A program made the position numbers and the translations under genes. Of a stretch of DNA of 60,717 nt, positions 9,941-18,765 are shown in pieces. The stretch is taken from the NCBI GenBank assembly GCA_964585175.1, contig CAZPCW010000004.1, forward strand, positions 1 to 60,717. Reading direction: 5' to 3'. This DNA is from an uncultured Thermoplasmata archaeon. Its GTDB lineage: Archaea > Thermoplasmatota > Thermoplasmata > Halarchaeoplasmatales > Halarchaeoplasmataceae. The notes under the pieces were generated by a model, which worked only from the letters and a program-made list of their open reading frames with translations, had not been told where the DNA came from and ran no database searches. Every line of letters starts with the position of its first letter. Within the stretch, counting starts at the first letter, position 1.

Positions 9941-10873
9941 TCACACTAGCAGTCCTATTCCTCCGAACAATACTCTAAGAGTTAAAAATCCTATAAGTAG
10001 CAGGATAAAACTATGCTTCATTCCGTTCGTTATCTTTCCGTTCTGTAAGACACCCGCGACGATCCCGTCTCCAACAGCGTGGGCAAATACTGACAGGGCA
10101 AAAATATACTGAATTTTTGGAATCCTCTGAGTCTGTATCTCTACAGCTTGAGGACCTTGTGCTTCGGATCCGGCGCCACCGACAGCTGAACCGGCTTGAG
10201 CCATCTGAGCCAAAAATTGGGTATTTAAGATAATTATGACAACGATGAAGACCGCGAAGGATATGTAAATCACGGCGAGATAAGAAGTCATGGCGATCTT
10301 CTGTTCGTCTTCAGAGCTGTGAACCTCTTTCGCGTCCTGAGCAACCATGTTTAAGACGTCGGCAACGTTACCTCCTGCCTCGTTCGCCTTGGTAATTATA
10401 GCGACGACTCTATTAACAAGATCCGTGTTCACTCTCTCCGAAAACAAACTTAAAGCTTTGTTGGCGGGAACACCCCATTGTATTTGGGCGGCCATCTTCT
10501 TAATTTCTGGTGTAAGCTTTCCATATCGTCCTCCTGAAGCCACGACTATCGCATCAGCCAAGGTCATACCGAATCTTCCGGCCTCAGAAACATCTCTAAG
10601 AAAATCTGGGAGCCTTCTTTCTATCATTTTGATCTGTTTTTGCTTATGACTCACATAAAAACCGAAGGGGCCAAAAAAAGTCATAGCTGCCAACATCCCC
10701 CAATCCAAAATATCTAGTGGGATGGCTTTAACCCCTACAGCGGAAAGGAGGCCTATAAATGTCAAAGCTACCGCTCCTATTGAGGATATTATCAATACTT
10801 CTTTAGCATACCCAAGATTTAAGGCCTTTTCAAATCCAGTTTTTCTTTCATCTTCTGCCATATTATCACTCAA
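9941..10873 (-). CDS. T2SSF-domain membrane protein (FlaJ/PilC C-terminal half, TadC-like). The likely ATG start is at 10861.
   Basis: RLPDFLRDVSEAGRFGMTLADAI...NRVVAIITKANEAGGNVADVL is the T2SSF pattern, flanked by TM segments. The ORF is in frame with the upstream ORF across a single TAA. Confidence 0.75.
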   Translation of the reverse strand: MSDNMAEDERKTGFEKALNLGYAKEVLIISSIGAVALTFIGLLSAVGVKAIPLDILDWGMLAAMTFFGPFGFYVSHKQKQIKMIERRLPDFLRDVSEAGRFGMTLADAIVVASGGRYGKLTPEIKKMAAQIQWGVPANKALSLFSERVNTDLVNRVVAIITKANEAGGNVADVLNMVAQDAKEVHSSEDEQKIAMTSYLAVIYISFAVFIVVIIILNTQFLAQMAQAGSAVGGAGSEAQGPQAVEIQTQRIPKIQYIFALSVFAHAVGDGIVAGVLQNGKITNGMKHSFILLLIGFLTLRVLFGGIGLLV

Positions 10874-11902
10874 TTAATCTTGGTTAACCAACCATATTAT
10901 AAAGATAAATCCGACCTGTGAACCTGGGATCATTAGACCGACCACGGCATAAAGGAATGGAAGAGGATTTCCACCGCCCATACCTCCCATCAACGACATG
11001 ATAGCTATGATGACTACGAGGAAGAGAGGGAATGCCACCACGACGGTCACAAAAGATTCAGCGAGCATCCCCAAAGTTTCCATGTTCTGCTGAACCTGCA
11101 GTTTCCTTTCGTTTTGATACTCTTCCATTTTGCTGGTAAAGTAGGGCTTCAATTTTCCACCAGACGTGGATGTGGTCACTACCCCCTGTAAAAATTCTCT
11201 AAAATTATCTGAAGGACATCTATCCGACGCCCTATCAAGTGCATTAAGGATGTCCATACCGAGTATTTCAGTATCTCTAGTAATCCATTTCGCCTCTTCG
11301 GATATTTCTCCGTAAAGTGGTTGTTTAGCCAATTCTTTGAAGATCATATCTATATTTATATTGGCAGATGCCATAGAAGCTATAAAACTCATAGCGGCGG
11401 CCAATTTTTTATCTATTTTGTTCCCTCTACTATTAGCTTTCATTGAAGGTCTAAATTGTAAACCTATATAGGTTGCTATGGGAGTTAATACCCCAACAGC
11501 TACTCCTATTAACGCACCGAATATACCCAGTACCTGAGAAAGAATCAGACCTATTGTTACTCCGCCGATTATTCCGCCGATTGCTGCTAAGAGAGTACTC
11601 ATCCATACGTATGCTATGTATTCTTCCACCCTTATTTTCATATGCGCCTTGAGAAGATCATCCTTTAATTCCTCGTCTTCTACTCCTTTCCCTTTTACGA
11701 AAGGACCCATCATTTTAAGGCAGAATTTCTGGTAATTTGTTAGATCTAAATAATCGGGAACCGTATCCTTTGGCAACCTTTGGACGTGAGGGCCGTATTT
11801 TTCGATTTCTTCACCGGCTTCAGCTCTTTTAGAGGATAGATAGGAGCTGTCCTTGAATTCAAAACCGCTAAAAACGTCTTTCCATTCAGCCATCTTTCTC
11901 AT
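10874..11902 (-). CDS. T2SSF-domain membrane protein (FlaJ/PilC N-terminal half, TadB-like)
   Basis: AAAMSFIASMASANINIDMIFKELAK...FLQGVVTTSTSGGKLKPYF is the T2SSF pattern, with TM segments. It overlaps the upstream ATPase gene by 17 nt. Confidence 0.75.
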   Translation of the reverse strand: MRKMAEWKDVFSGFEFKDSSYLSSKRAEAGEEIEKYGPHVQRLPKDTVPDYLDLTNYQKFCLKMMGPFVKGKGVEDEELKDDLLKAHMKIRVEEYIAYVWMSTLLAAIGGIIGGVTIGLILSQVLGIFGALIGVAVGVLTPIATYIGLQFRPSMKANSRGNKIDKKLAAAMSFIASMASANINIDMIFKELAKQPLYGEISEEAKWITRDTEILGMDILNALDRASDRCPSDNFREFLQGVVTTSTSGGKLKPYFTSKMEEYQNERKLQVQQNMETLGMLAESFVTVVVAFPLFLVVIIAIMSLMGGMGGGNPLPFLYAVVGLMIPGSQVGFIFIIWLVNQD

Positions 11903-13604
11903 CCCTCTCTTCTCTTATTCTTGCCAAAGTCTCTTCTGGTTCTTTATAATATGAAGTCACGATTTTTGATATATCTTTATAATTGACCATATCTTCTTCG
12001 GCCATATATTCGACTATTTCCACCCTATTTTCGAATTCTCCCATCATCTCTTCTTGGGTCCAATTTTTAGCGGTCATAATCTCATCGAAGTTATAGCTGT
12101 GCCCCTTGAAGCTGTAGCTGTCGGTCTCTCTTTCCCACTCGAATACGGTATTTGTGATCAATTCATCGCTTTCGGGTTCGAAGGCTACTATTTCAGTTAT
12201 CTCTTGAATTCGCCTCACACGTTCATCGTTAATCCTTGCGAATTTCTGGATGACCACGAATCTTAACGCGGTGAGTAAAACTCTAGGACAGTTGACTGGA
12301 GGATTTTCTAGCCTATGGACCATGGACTGGACAGAGTCCGCGTGCATCGTACTGTAAGTTACGTGGCCCGTGGCCATAGCCTGAAACATATCATGAGCTT
12401 CTTCACCTCTCACCTCTCCGACAATTATGTAATCTGGTCTTTGACGCAGTGCGTTCCTCACGAGATCATACATATTTACTTCGCCAGGATCCTTTCCTTC
12501 ACCTTGACTCATGGTAGTGCCGGCTCTAGTGGTGCTCGGTATCCAATTTTCGTGTGGAAGATTTATCTCTCTCGTATCTTCTAATGAAACGATCTTTAGG
12601 CCGGGAGGTATGAAGAGAGTCATGGAATTGAGCGTCGCTGTTTTGCCGCAGGCAGTACCGCCGGCGACGATGGATGACTTCTCGTTCTCGACCATCAACC
12701 ATAGATAAGCTACCATCTCGGCGTTAGCGGTGTTATATTTTATAAGTTTGATCGGTGTGAAAGGTTCCTTTTTGAATCTCCTAACAGTTATAGAGGAACC
12801 ACGAGTTGAAACTTCATCAGCATAGGTTGCCTGGACCCTGTGACCTTCTGGAGTGGTCCCGTCTAAGATAGGAGTGGAAACTGAGACTTGTTTATTACAT
12901 CGCTGACCGAGTTTGATGATATAAGAGTTTAGATTTTCACTGCTCTCAAATTTCACGTCGGTTTTTATGGACTCATATTTTGAATGATAGATGAAAACGG
13001 GTATTCCAACACCGTCACAAGAGATATCTTCAACCTTTTCGTCGCTCATCAAAACATCTAGAGGGCCGTACCTCACGTAGTCCCTGAGTATGTAATACAA
13101 AACCCGCTCTTCATTTCTTTCATCGACTTTTAGATTTCTGCTCTGTATATAACTTTTTACGGCATCTCTGATAAAGGATTCTTTGTCCTTTTTTTCCATC
13201 GTCTTCCATTCATAAGAAAGAGCTCGATCTAAGGTGTCTTTCACTTTTTCCATCATATCTTGTTCTTTATCTGTTAGCGAAGGTTCTATGGCTTGATAGA
13301 GGTATTCTTTTTCTTCGTCATCGTAGATAATCCGACAGTAGCTATAAGGTTCTCTGACCGGTATTACTTCCACGACTTCTCTTGACTCGTTTTCTATCGG
13401 AGGCGCCTCGACATATTTCGAAAGGAAATCCTCTTTTTCTTTCTCTTTATCTTCTTCAATATATTCCTCCTGCGAACCGAGCACTTCTGATTTCGGGAGT
13501 TTGACTCTTTTGGCTTCGCTAGAATCAAATATGAAAGAGATCAAAAACAAAAATGGAGCAACCAGACTTATCAAATTTTTATCATCCGAAATATGGCGGG
13601 ACAT
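11886..13604 (-). CDS. Type II/IV secretion ATPase of the archaeal FlaI/PilB family, copy 1. The N-terminal extent is uncertain.
   Basis: Walker A GGTACGKTA, Walker B YIIVGEVRGEEA and a His box STMHAD. It aligns with copy 2 through the catalytic domain. Confidence 0.9.
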   Translation of the reverse strand: MSRHISDDKNLISLVAPFLFLISFIFDSSEAKRVKLPKSEVLGSQEEYIEEDKEKEKEDFLSKYVEAPPIENESREVVEVIPVREPYSYCRIIYDDEEKEYLYQAIEPSLTDKEQDMMEKVKDTLDRALSYEWKTMEKKDKESFIRDAVKSYIQSRNLKVDERNEERVLYYILRDYVRYGPLDVLMSDEKVEDISCDGVGIPVFIYHSKYESIKTDVKFESSENLNSYIIKLGQRCNKQVSVSTPILDGTTPEGHRVQATYADEVSTRGSSITVRRFKKEPFTPIKLIKYNTANAEMVAYLWLMVENEKSSIVAGGTACGKTATLNSMTLFIPPGLKIVSLEDTREINLPHENWIPSTTRAGTTMSQGEGKDPGEVNMYDLVRNALRQRPDYIIVGEVRGEEAHDMFQAMATGHVTYSTMHADSVQSMVHRLENPPVNCPRVLLTALRFVVIQKFARINDERVRRIQEITEIVAFEPESDELITNTVFEWERETDSYSFKGHSYNFDEIMTAKNWTQEEMMGEFENRVEIVEYMAEEDMVNYKDISKIVTSYYKEPEETLARIREERDEKDG

Positions 13605-13721
13605 CAGGGACCACTTTCCTTTCCTATCTACTCAAATCAAGGTTAAAGTAGTTTTCCCCAATTTTAATATTCTACTAATTTATAGGATTCTCTTTTGAGG
13701 GCGGTAGATGAACTTAATGTA

Positions 13722-13946
13722 TCAATCCCATCCCAGTCTTTTTGCTCTCCGTTCATCCTTCGTGGCTTTTTTGTATTTTTTGTAATGTTCCTTACAAAGA
13801 TATGAATTTCGACCGGAACTATCCACGTCTAGATCGGTTTTTTTAGTGACTTTACTGCTCGGGATCGACTTCTTTTTTTCATCGTCGCACCCTTTCACAT
13901 CACAGGTGTCTTTTTTCTTTCTTTTACTTTTCCTTTTATGTTTCAT
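13722..13946 (-). CDS. Small lysine-rich Cys/His-containing protein, a possible zinc-finger nucleic-acid binder
   Basis: A 74-aa protein with CDVKGCDDE...LCKEHYKKYKK (C-x4-C ... C-x2-H) and very basic termini. I recognise no family. Confidence 0.35.
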   Translation of the reverse strand: MKHKRKSKRKKKDTCDVKGCDDEKKKSIPSSKVTKKTDLDVDSSGRNSYLCKEHYKKYKKATKDERRAKRLGWD

Positions 13947-14152
13947 ATTACCCTATCCTAACATGAGGTTTTATAACTTAGTTTTTACGATAAAGAGAGC
14001 TAAGTAGTTGAGTGGGTTAAGCCTTTTAATGTTTAATTTCAATAATTGAAAACCATCTTCGCTCTCCAAAAAAATATTTATAGGTGGTGTTCTCATGAAA
14101 GCGGCAGTCTTTGACTCCTAATATAAATAAGACACTAATGGAGGAACTATAA

Positions 14153-17047
14153 ATGAAATCTGGAAAAGTAAGTAAAATGGCTACCGTCCTGGCAGTGCTA
14201 TTTTTGGTGGTGTCGGGACTGATGGTAGTGCAATGGAACGCCCAGCCTGTAGAAGCGACTGAACATGAGACCCAGACTTATACGATCGAAGGGTTCCTTA
14301 ATACCAACGTGAGTGTACAGTCCGATTTGGATATTACCCTTAGAGATCTATCTAGTGGAGAAACGATGGATGTAGAAACCTCCGAAGCTTATTATCAATT
14401 CCCGGATGTTAAAGCGGGTTGGTATGAAATTATATTCCCCTCACAAGTTGGAGATGATAATGCATTCATGAGGGAAAAGACCGATCCCTTCAAACTCTCA
14501 AGTCAGGAAGATTCAATACGCGATATAGATATCGAATCCGAGGTGCTCGATGAAGATATCACGGTAGAGGTCACCGAAAAAGGAGAAGGGGAACCATCTG
14601 AGATAGAGAACGCCACTGTCACCCTAAAGGACACTGACTTGAATTTTGAATACACTGAAAAAATCGAGAATAGTAACGAAGGTACCATAGACATATACAG
14701 CGATTTTGAAGGCATGCTCATAGTTAATAAAGAGGGCTATTCGCCAAATATCACTTCAAATGTATTATTGAACAGGAATAACTTTGACATTGAATTGTCT
14801 AAAAGACCGATAATTGAAGGTAACCTGGTAGATGAAAGTGGAAGCGGTATTACAGAAATGCTGGATATCACTCTTTACAACGAAGAACTCGGCGTCATGC
14901 ACAGGACTAAGATGGGACCAACATTCAGATACAGAGCGGCCCCGGGATACAATTACACATTGGTAGTGAAAGCGCCCGGCCATGAGCCTTTGATAAAAGA
15001 GCTCGATTCTTTAGAAGAAGATAGTCTGGAAAAATTGGGAAGAAGTGAAGTAAAAGAATCGGGAACGGAACAATTCGTAACAGACATAGCTTTCGATGGA
15101 ATAGAAACGATGTCTATCGACACAAGTAGGACATTGAATGCAGGATCTAAGATGAAGACGATGGATTACTCTTACATAGGCAACCTAGCCATGCAGATTG
15201 ATTTAGCACTTGGTGATGGTGACTTGGTATTAGAGGAAAATGAAACAGAAGATTTCAAAGATAGATTGGAATATACAGAAGACTTACCGACCTCTTATGA
15301 CTTAATCACAGTTGATGAGACCGTTTATGAGCAGAAGTCCACGGATATGTCTTTCAGTGGTATAAGTGGTGAAACGGGACCTGTTAGTGAAGCGTTCAGC
15401 GATGAAATCGAGTTCAAAACAAACAAAGAATATACTGCGATGGGAGACTTAGATGCCGATAGTGATAGATACGTGATGGATTTCACAGTGGAACACGATT
15501 ATATGTTTGGAAATCAACGAGAATTTGATTATACCATGAGTCTTCCTGATGGCTACGAGAGATACAAAGGAGGAGCACAAGATATACCCGAAAAAGTCAA
15601 TGTGATGAACTACACCGAACTAGAGATAGAAACCGAGGCGAAGGAAGACGGAGAAACTTCAACGGTGACTTTAGATGTCAGAGAATCTGAAGAAGGTCAA
15701 GCGGAGATCGAGCTAGTTAGTCCCGCACCATGGATCATGAAGATGGACGAAGACAAATACGATTATGACTACGTGATAAGAAAAGGCAAAGAAGCTGAAC
15801 TGAAATGTACATACACCAATCCCACGAGCAGTGCCCTTGAGTTCAATTGGGAACTAGGAAACGAGGTAAAAGATGGACAACAGATCTCTAAGACATTCAA
15901 TGAAACTGGAATGTTGACTATTTCCGTTGAAGTACCACAAACTAACGGTAATACCGTAAGTGATCAAGTAAAATTCATGGTAGATGAAGAAGGCCCATCT
16001 GGTAGTATATTGGTGGATGAGGTAGCAAAAGATGATTCTGCGAACTTAGATGAAGACACTGAGATATCTTTCAGCGGTGCAGAAATCACCGACGCAGAGA
16101 CTGGTCTCGTTAAAAACTATCGATGGAACTTTACAGACACGGAACCCTTATCAGAAGGAATGAACGTAACTCATACATTTGGTACACCTGGAGAATACGA
16201 GGTAATACTGAACGTGACGGATGGTGTAGGTAATACCAAAGAGGAAAGTATCACGGTGAATGTAAGCGATAAAACCAAACCAACCGGTGAATTCAAAATG
16301 GAATGGGACGACCAAGAGAGTTATCAACCTCAAGTCAATATAGAGAAAGGCACAGAGGTCACTTTCAATGCCAGCGAAATGAGAGCTCACGAAGAATATG
16401 AAGGAAACTTAGAATACGATTGGTCCATTTCAGGTATCGGTGAATCTTTTGAGAACAAAGAGATAATCAGTTATACTTTCCAGGAACTCGGTGAGTATTC
16501 GGTAGATTTGAATGTCACTGATAATTCTGGCAACTTCAAAGAAATATCGAAAAATGTGACGGTCCAAAGAGGTCCGACTCCAGATCTGATGATAAGTGAG
16601 ATAACCTTCTCTAAATCAGATGTCCAGACAGGAGATGAAGTAACCATAAGTACCGAGGTAACGAACGTTGGAGGTAAAACTGCCGAAGATATAACAGTCA
16701 CATTGAGAGTTGATGGAAAAATAATCGAGACCTTTGAAAGTGATGGCTTTGAACTCTACAAGAACGATGAGAAACTTAACAGGACGACTATCGAAGATGG
16801 AGAAACAGTTATGGTTGAGATGGATTGGACTCCAGACAGTGATGGAGATAAAAATGTGAATGTGAATATCACGGACTCTAGCGAAGTTGAATTCGGAGAC
16901 AACGAAAACGAAATCGAAAGATCGATAGACGTCAGTCCACCAGCTTGGAGAGAATATTTAGTATACGCTCTGATACCGATAGTCATAATAGGTATAGTAG
17001 TTGGTCTCTATTTCTACAGGGACAAAATCAGTGAAACTCTGAAGTAA
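14153..17047 (+). CDS. Large secreted, membrane-anchored surface protein with PKD repeats and a CARDB-like domain (adhesin or S-layer-like)
   Basis: N-terminal signal peptide (ATVLAVLFLVVSGLMVV). Three PKD-like repeats (for example YRWNFTD...HTFGTPGEYEVILNVTDGVGN). CARDB-like PDLMISEITFS...GDEVTISTEVTNVGG. C-terminal TM segment YALIPIVIIGIVVGLYF. Many N-x-S/T sequons, and a GGAGGA ribosome-binding site 8 nt before the ATG. Confidence 0.8.
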   Translation: MKSGKVSKMATVLAVLFLVVSGLMVVQWNAQPVEATEHETQTYTIEGFLNTNVSVQSDLDITLRDLSSGETMDVETSEAYYQFPDVKAGWYEIIFPSQVGDDNAFMREKTDPFKLSSQEDSIRDIDIESEVLDEDITVEVTEKGEGEPSEIENATVTLKDTDLNFEYTEKIENSNEGTIDIYSDFEGMLIVNKEGYSPNITSNVLLNRNNFDIELSKRPIIEGNLVDESGSGITEMLDITLYNEELGVMHRTKMGPTFRYRAAPGYNYTLVVKAPGHEPLIKELDSLEEDSLEKLGRSEVKESGTEQFVTDIAFDGIETMSIDTSRTLNAGSKMKTMDYSYIGNLAMQIDLALGDGDLVLEENETEDFKDRLEYTEDLPTSYDLITVDETVYEQKSTDMSFSGISGETGPVSEAFSDEIEFKTNKEYTAMGDLDADSDRYVMDFTVEHDYMFGNQREFDYTMSLPDGYERYKGGAQDIPEKVNVMNYTELEIETEAKEDGETSTVTLDVRESEEGQAEIELVSPAPWIMKMDEDKYDYDYVIRKGKEAELKCTYTNPTSSALEFNWELGNEVKDGQQISKTFNETGMLTISVEVPQTNGNTVSDQVKFMVDEEGPSGSILVDEVAKDDSANLDEDTEISFSGAEITDAETGLVKNYRWNFTDTEPLSEGMNVTHTFGTPGEYEVILNVTDGVGNTKEESITVNVSDKTKPTGEFKMEWDDQESYQPQVNIEKGTEVTFNASEMRAHEEYEGNLEYDWSISGIGESFENKEIISYTFQELGEYSVDLNVTDNSGNFKEISKNVTVQRGPTPDLMISEITFSKSDVQTGDEVTISTEVTNVGGKTAEDITVTLRVDGKIIETFESDGFELYKNDEKLNRTTIEDGETVMVEMDWTPDSDGDKNVNVNITDSSEVEFGDNENEIERSIDVSPPAWREYLVYALIPIVIIGIVVGLYFYRDKISETLK

Positions 17048-17069
17048 AAAAACTTTTTTCTTTTTTTTC
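17048..17069. terminator. Convergent oligo-T/oligo-A intergenic tract between the surface-protein gene and argS
   Basis: The 22-nt spacer aaaaacttttttcttttttttc gives T6 and T8 runs on the + strand and a T5 run on the - strand. Archaeal termination typically uses oligo-T. Confidence 0.4.
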
Positions 17070-18755
17070 TTACATCTTTTTTGGTTTTTTCATGCCTAGT
17101 GTTTCTAGAGTAGAGGCCATGGTGAATTTGAAACTCTCAACTATAGCGAGTCTTTCGTTTAACTTCTTTTCAGACTCGAGGACGGCATAATCTCTGTAGA
17201 ATTGATTGAATTCTGCAGCAAGTTCATGAGCGTAGCGAGCCAATTTGTGGGGCGCTTCATCTCTACCGGCTCTCTTAAGGGCTATAGGATACTGTGCTAT
17301 TTTCCTCAACAATCTGGTTTCTCCCTGTTCTAATTTTGAAAGATCTATTTTTACATCGTTTACGTCGATATCCGTTTTTTCCAGTATCCCCTGGGCTCTA
17401 GTATAGGTGTACTGTATGAAAGGAGCACTGTCACCCTGGAAGTTGAGAGCTTCTTCCCATCTAAAATCTATAGATTTCGAAGGCTGCACTTTTAGGATGT
17501 TATACCTGACCGCACTTATACCAACTTTTTCGGCGATTTTTTCGACTACTTGGTCTGAGAGATTATCTCTTCTTTTCAATATCTCCTCTTTAGCTTTTTC
17601 CTCTGCGGTATCCATGAATTCGTCGAGCGTTACATAGGTGCCCTTACGGGTCGACATCTCTTTTCCTTCAAAAGTCACGAACGAGTGAAAAACGGTGTCA
17701 GGTACTGGTTGAATTCCGAGAGTTTCTAGGATGTTCTTGATGAACTTACCGTGCACCTTATGGTCTTCTCCTAGAATATCTATAAGTTCATCGGCCCTAT
17801 CTGCTTTCCAAATATGATAGGCTATGTCTCTTGCTGGATAAAGATTGGTTCCGTTTTCTCGGGTTATAAAAGTTCTATTATCTTCATCCACATCATAGTA
17901 AAGAGCCCCGTCTTCTTCACCAGAATCCTCGAGTTTCGAGATTTTTTCGATCGCTTCTTTGACAGAGTCGTCCTCTATGAAGTCAGATTCGTTTTTGAAG
18001 CTGTCCAAGTAAACATTTAATCTCTCTAAAGATTCAATTATCCCTTCCATAACCTTTTTAGAATTTTCTTTTAAAGATGCAAATATCTCCTCATTTCCAT
18101 CTTCCATGGAGTTGATCAATCCTTTTATCTCTTCCTCGAGCTCATCATTATCTTCTAACATCTGACTGGTTTTTTGATAGTACCTGACGAGCTTATAGTC
18201 TTCTTTTTCCCTCTCTAGTTTGGGAAGATCTCCTTCTTCTAGATTCAATGTGCCCCAAGTAAGTATAGCCATCTGTCTCCCGATATCGTTCACATAGTAC
18301 TGTCTTTCCACATCATATCCTAATTTTTCGAATATTCTAGCTAACGTATCACCTATTATCGGGTTCCTAGCTCGACCGACATGTAAAGGTCCGTTAGGAT
18401 TTGCACTAGTATGCTCCACGATCATGCTCTTTTCTTTAGAGGAGAAATTTCCATAATCCTCTTCTCTCTTCAAGGTATCTTTTATCGTTTGTTCAGCCAG
18501 GTATTCCTCCTCTATAGTGAAGTTCACATACGGCCCCACTCTTTCTATTTCACAGTTTTCGAGTTCTATCTCCTCCACTATTTCTTCTGCAATTTTGTTG
18601 GGGTCCTTTTGAAGAACAGGTGCTAAAGGGTAGCAGGGAAGTGCGAAATCCCCTTTCTCATCTGGCGGTCTTTCTATTTCAAAATTCTCCTCCCCGACTA
18701 TGGATTCGATCTTATCGATTATTTTCTTTTTAAAATCTAAAAACAAGTAACTCAT
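17070..18755 (-). CDS. argS: Arginyl-tRNA synthetase
   Basis: SANPNGPLHVGRARN (HIGH-type motif), EMSTRKG (KMSK-type motif), DALR-like C-terminal anticodon-binding domain, 561 aa. Confidence 0.95.
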   Translation of the reverse strand: MSYLFLDFKKKIIDKIESIVGEENFEIERPPDEKGDFALPCYPLAPVLQKDPNKIAEEIVEEIELENCEIERVGPYVNFTIEEEYLAEQTIKDTLKREEDYGNFSSKEKSMIVEHTSANPNGPLHVGRARNPIIGDTLARIFEKLGYDVERQYYVNDIGRQMAILTWGTLNLEEGDLPKLEREKEDYKLVRYYQKTSQMLEDNDELEEEIKGLINSMEDGNEEIFASLKENSKKVMEGIIESLERLNVYLDSFKNESDFIEDDSVKEAIEKISKLEDSGEEDGALYYDVDEDNRTFITRENGTNLYPARDIAYHIWKADRADELIDILGEDHKVHGKFIKNILETLGIQPVPDTVFHSFVTFEGKEMSTRKGTYVTLDEFMDTAEEKAKEEILKRRDNLSDQVVEKIAEKVGISAVRYNILKVQPSKSIDFRWEEALNFQGDSAPFIQYTYTRAQGILEKTDIDVNDVKIDLSKLEQGETRLLRKIAQYPIALKRAGRDEAPHKLARYAHELAAEFNQFYRDYAVLESEKKLNERLAIVESFKFTMASTLETLGMKKPKKM

Positions 18756-18765
18756 ATTACTCGCC

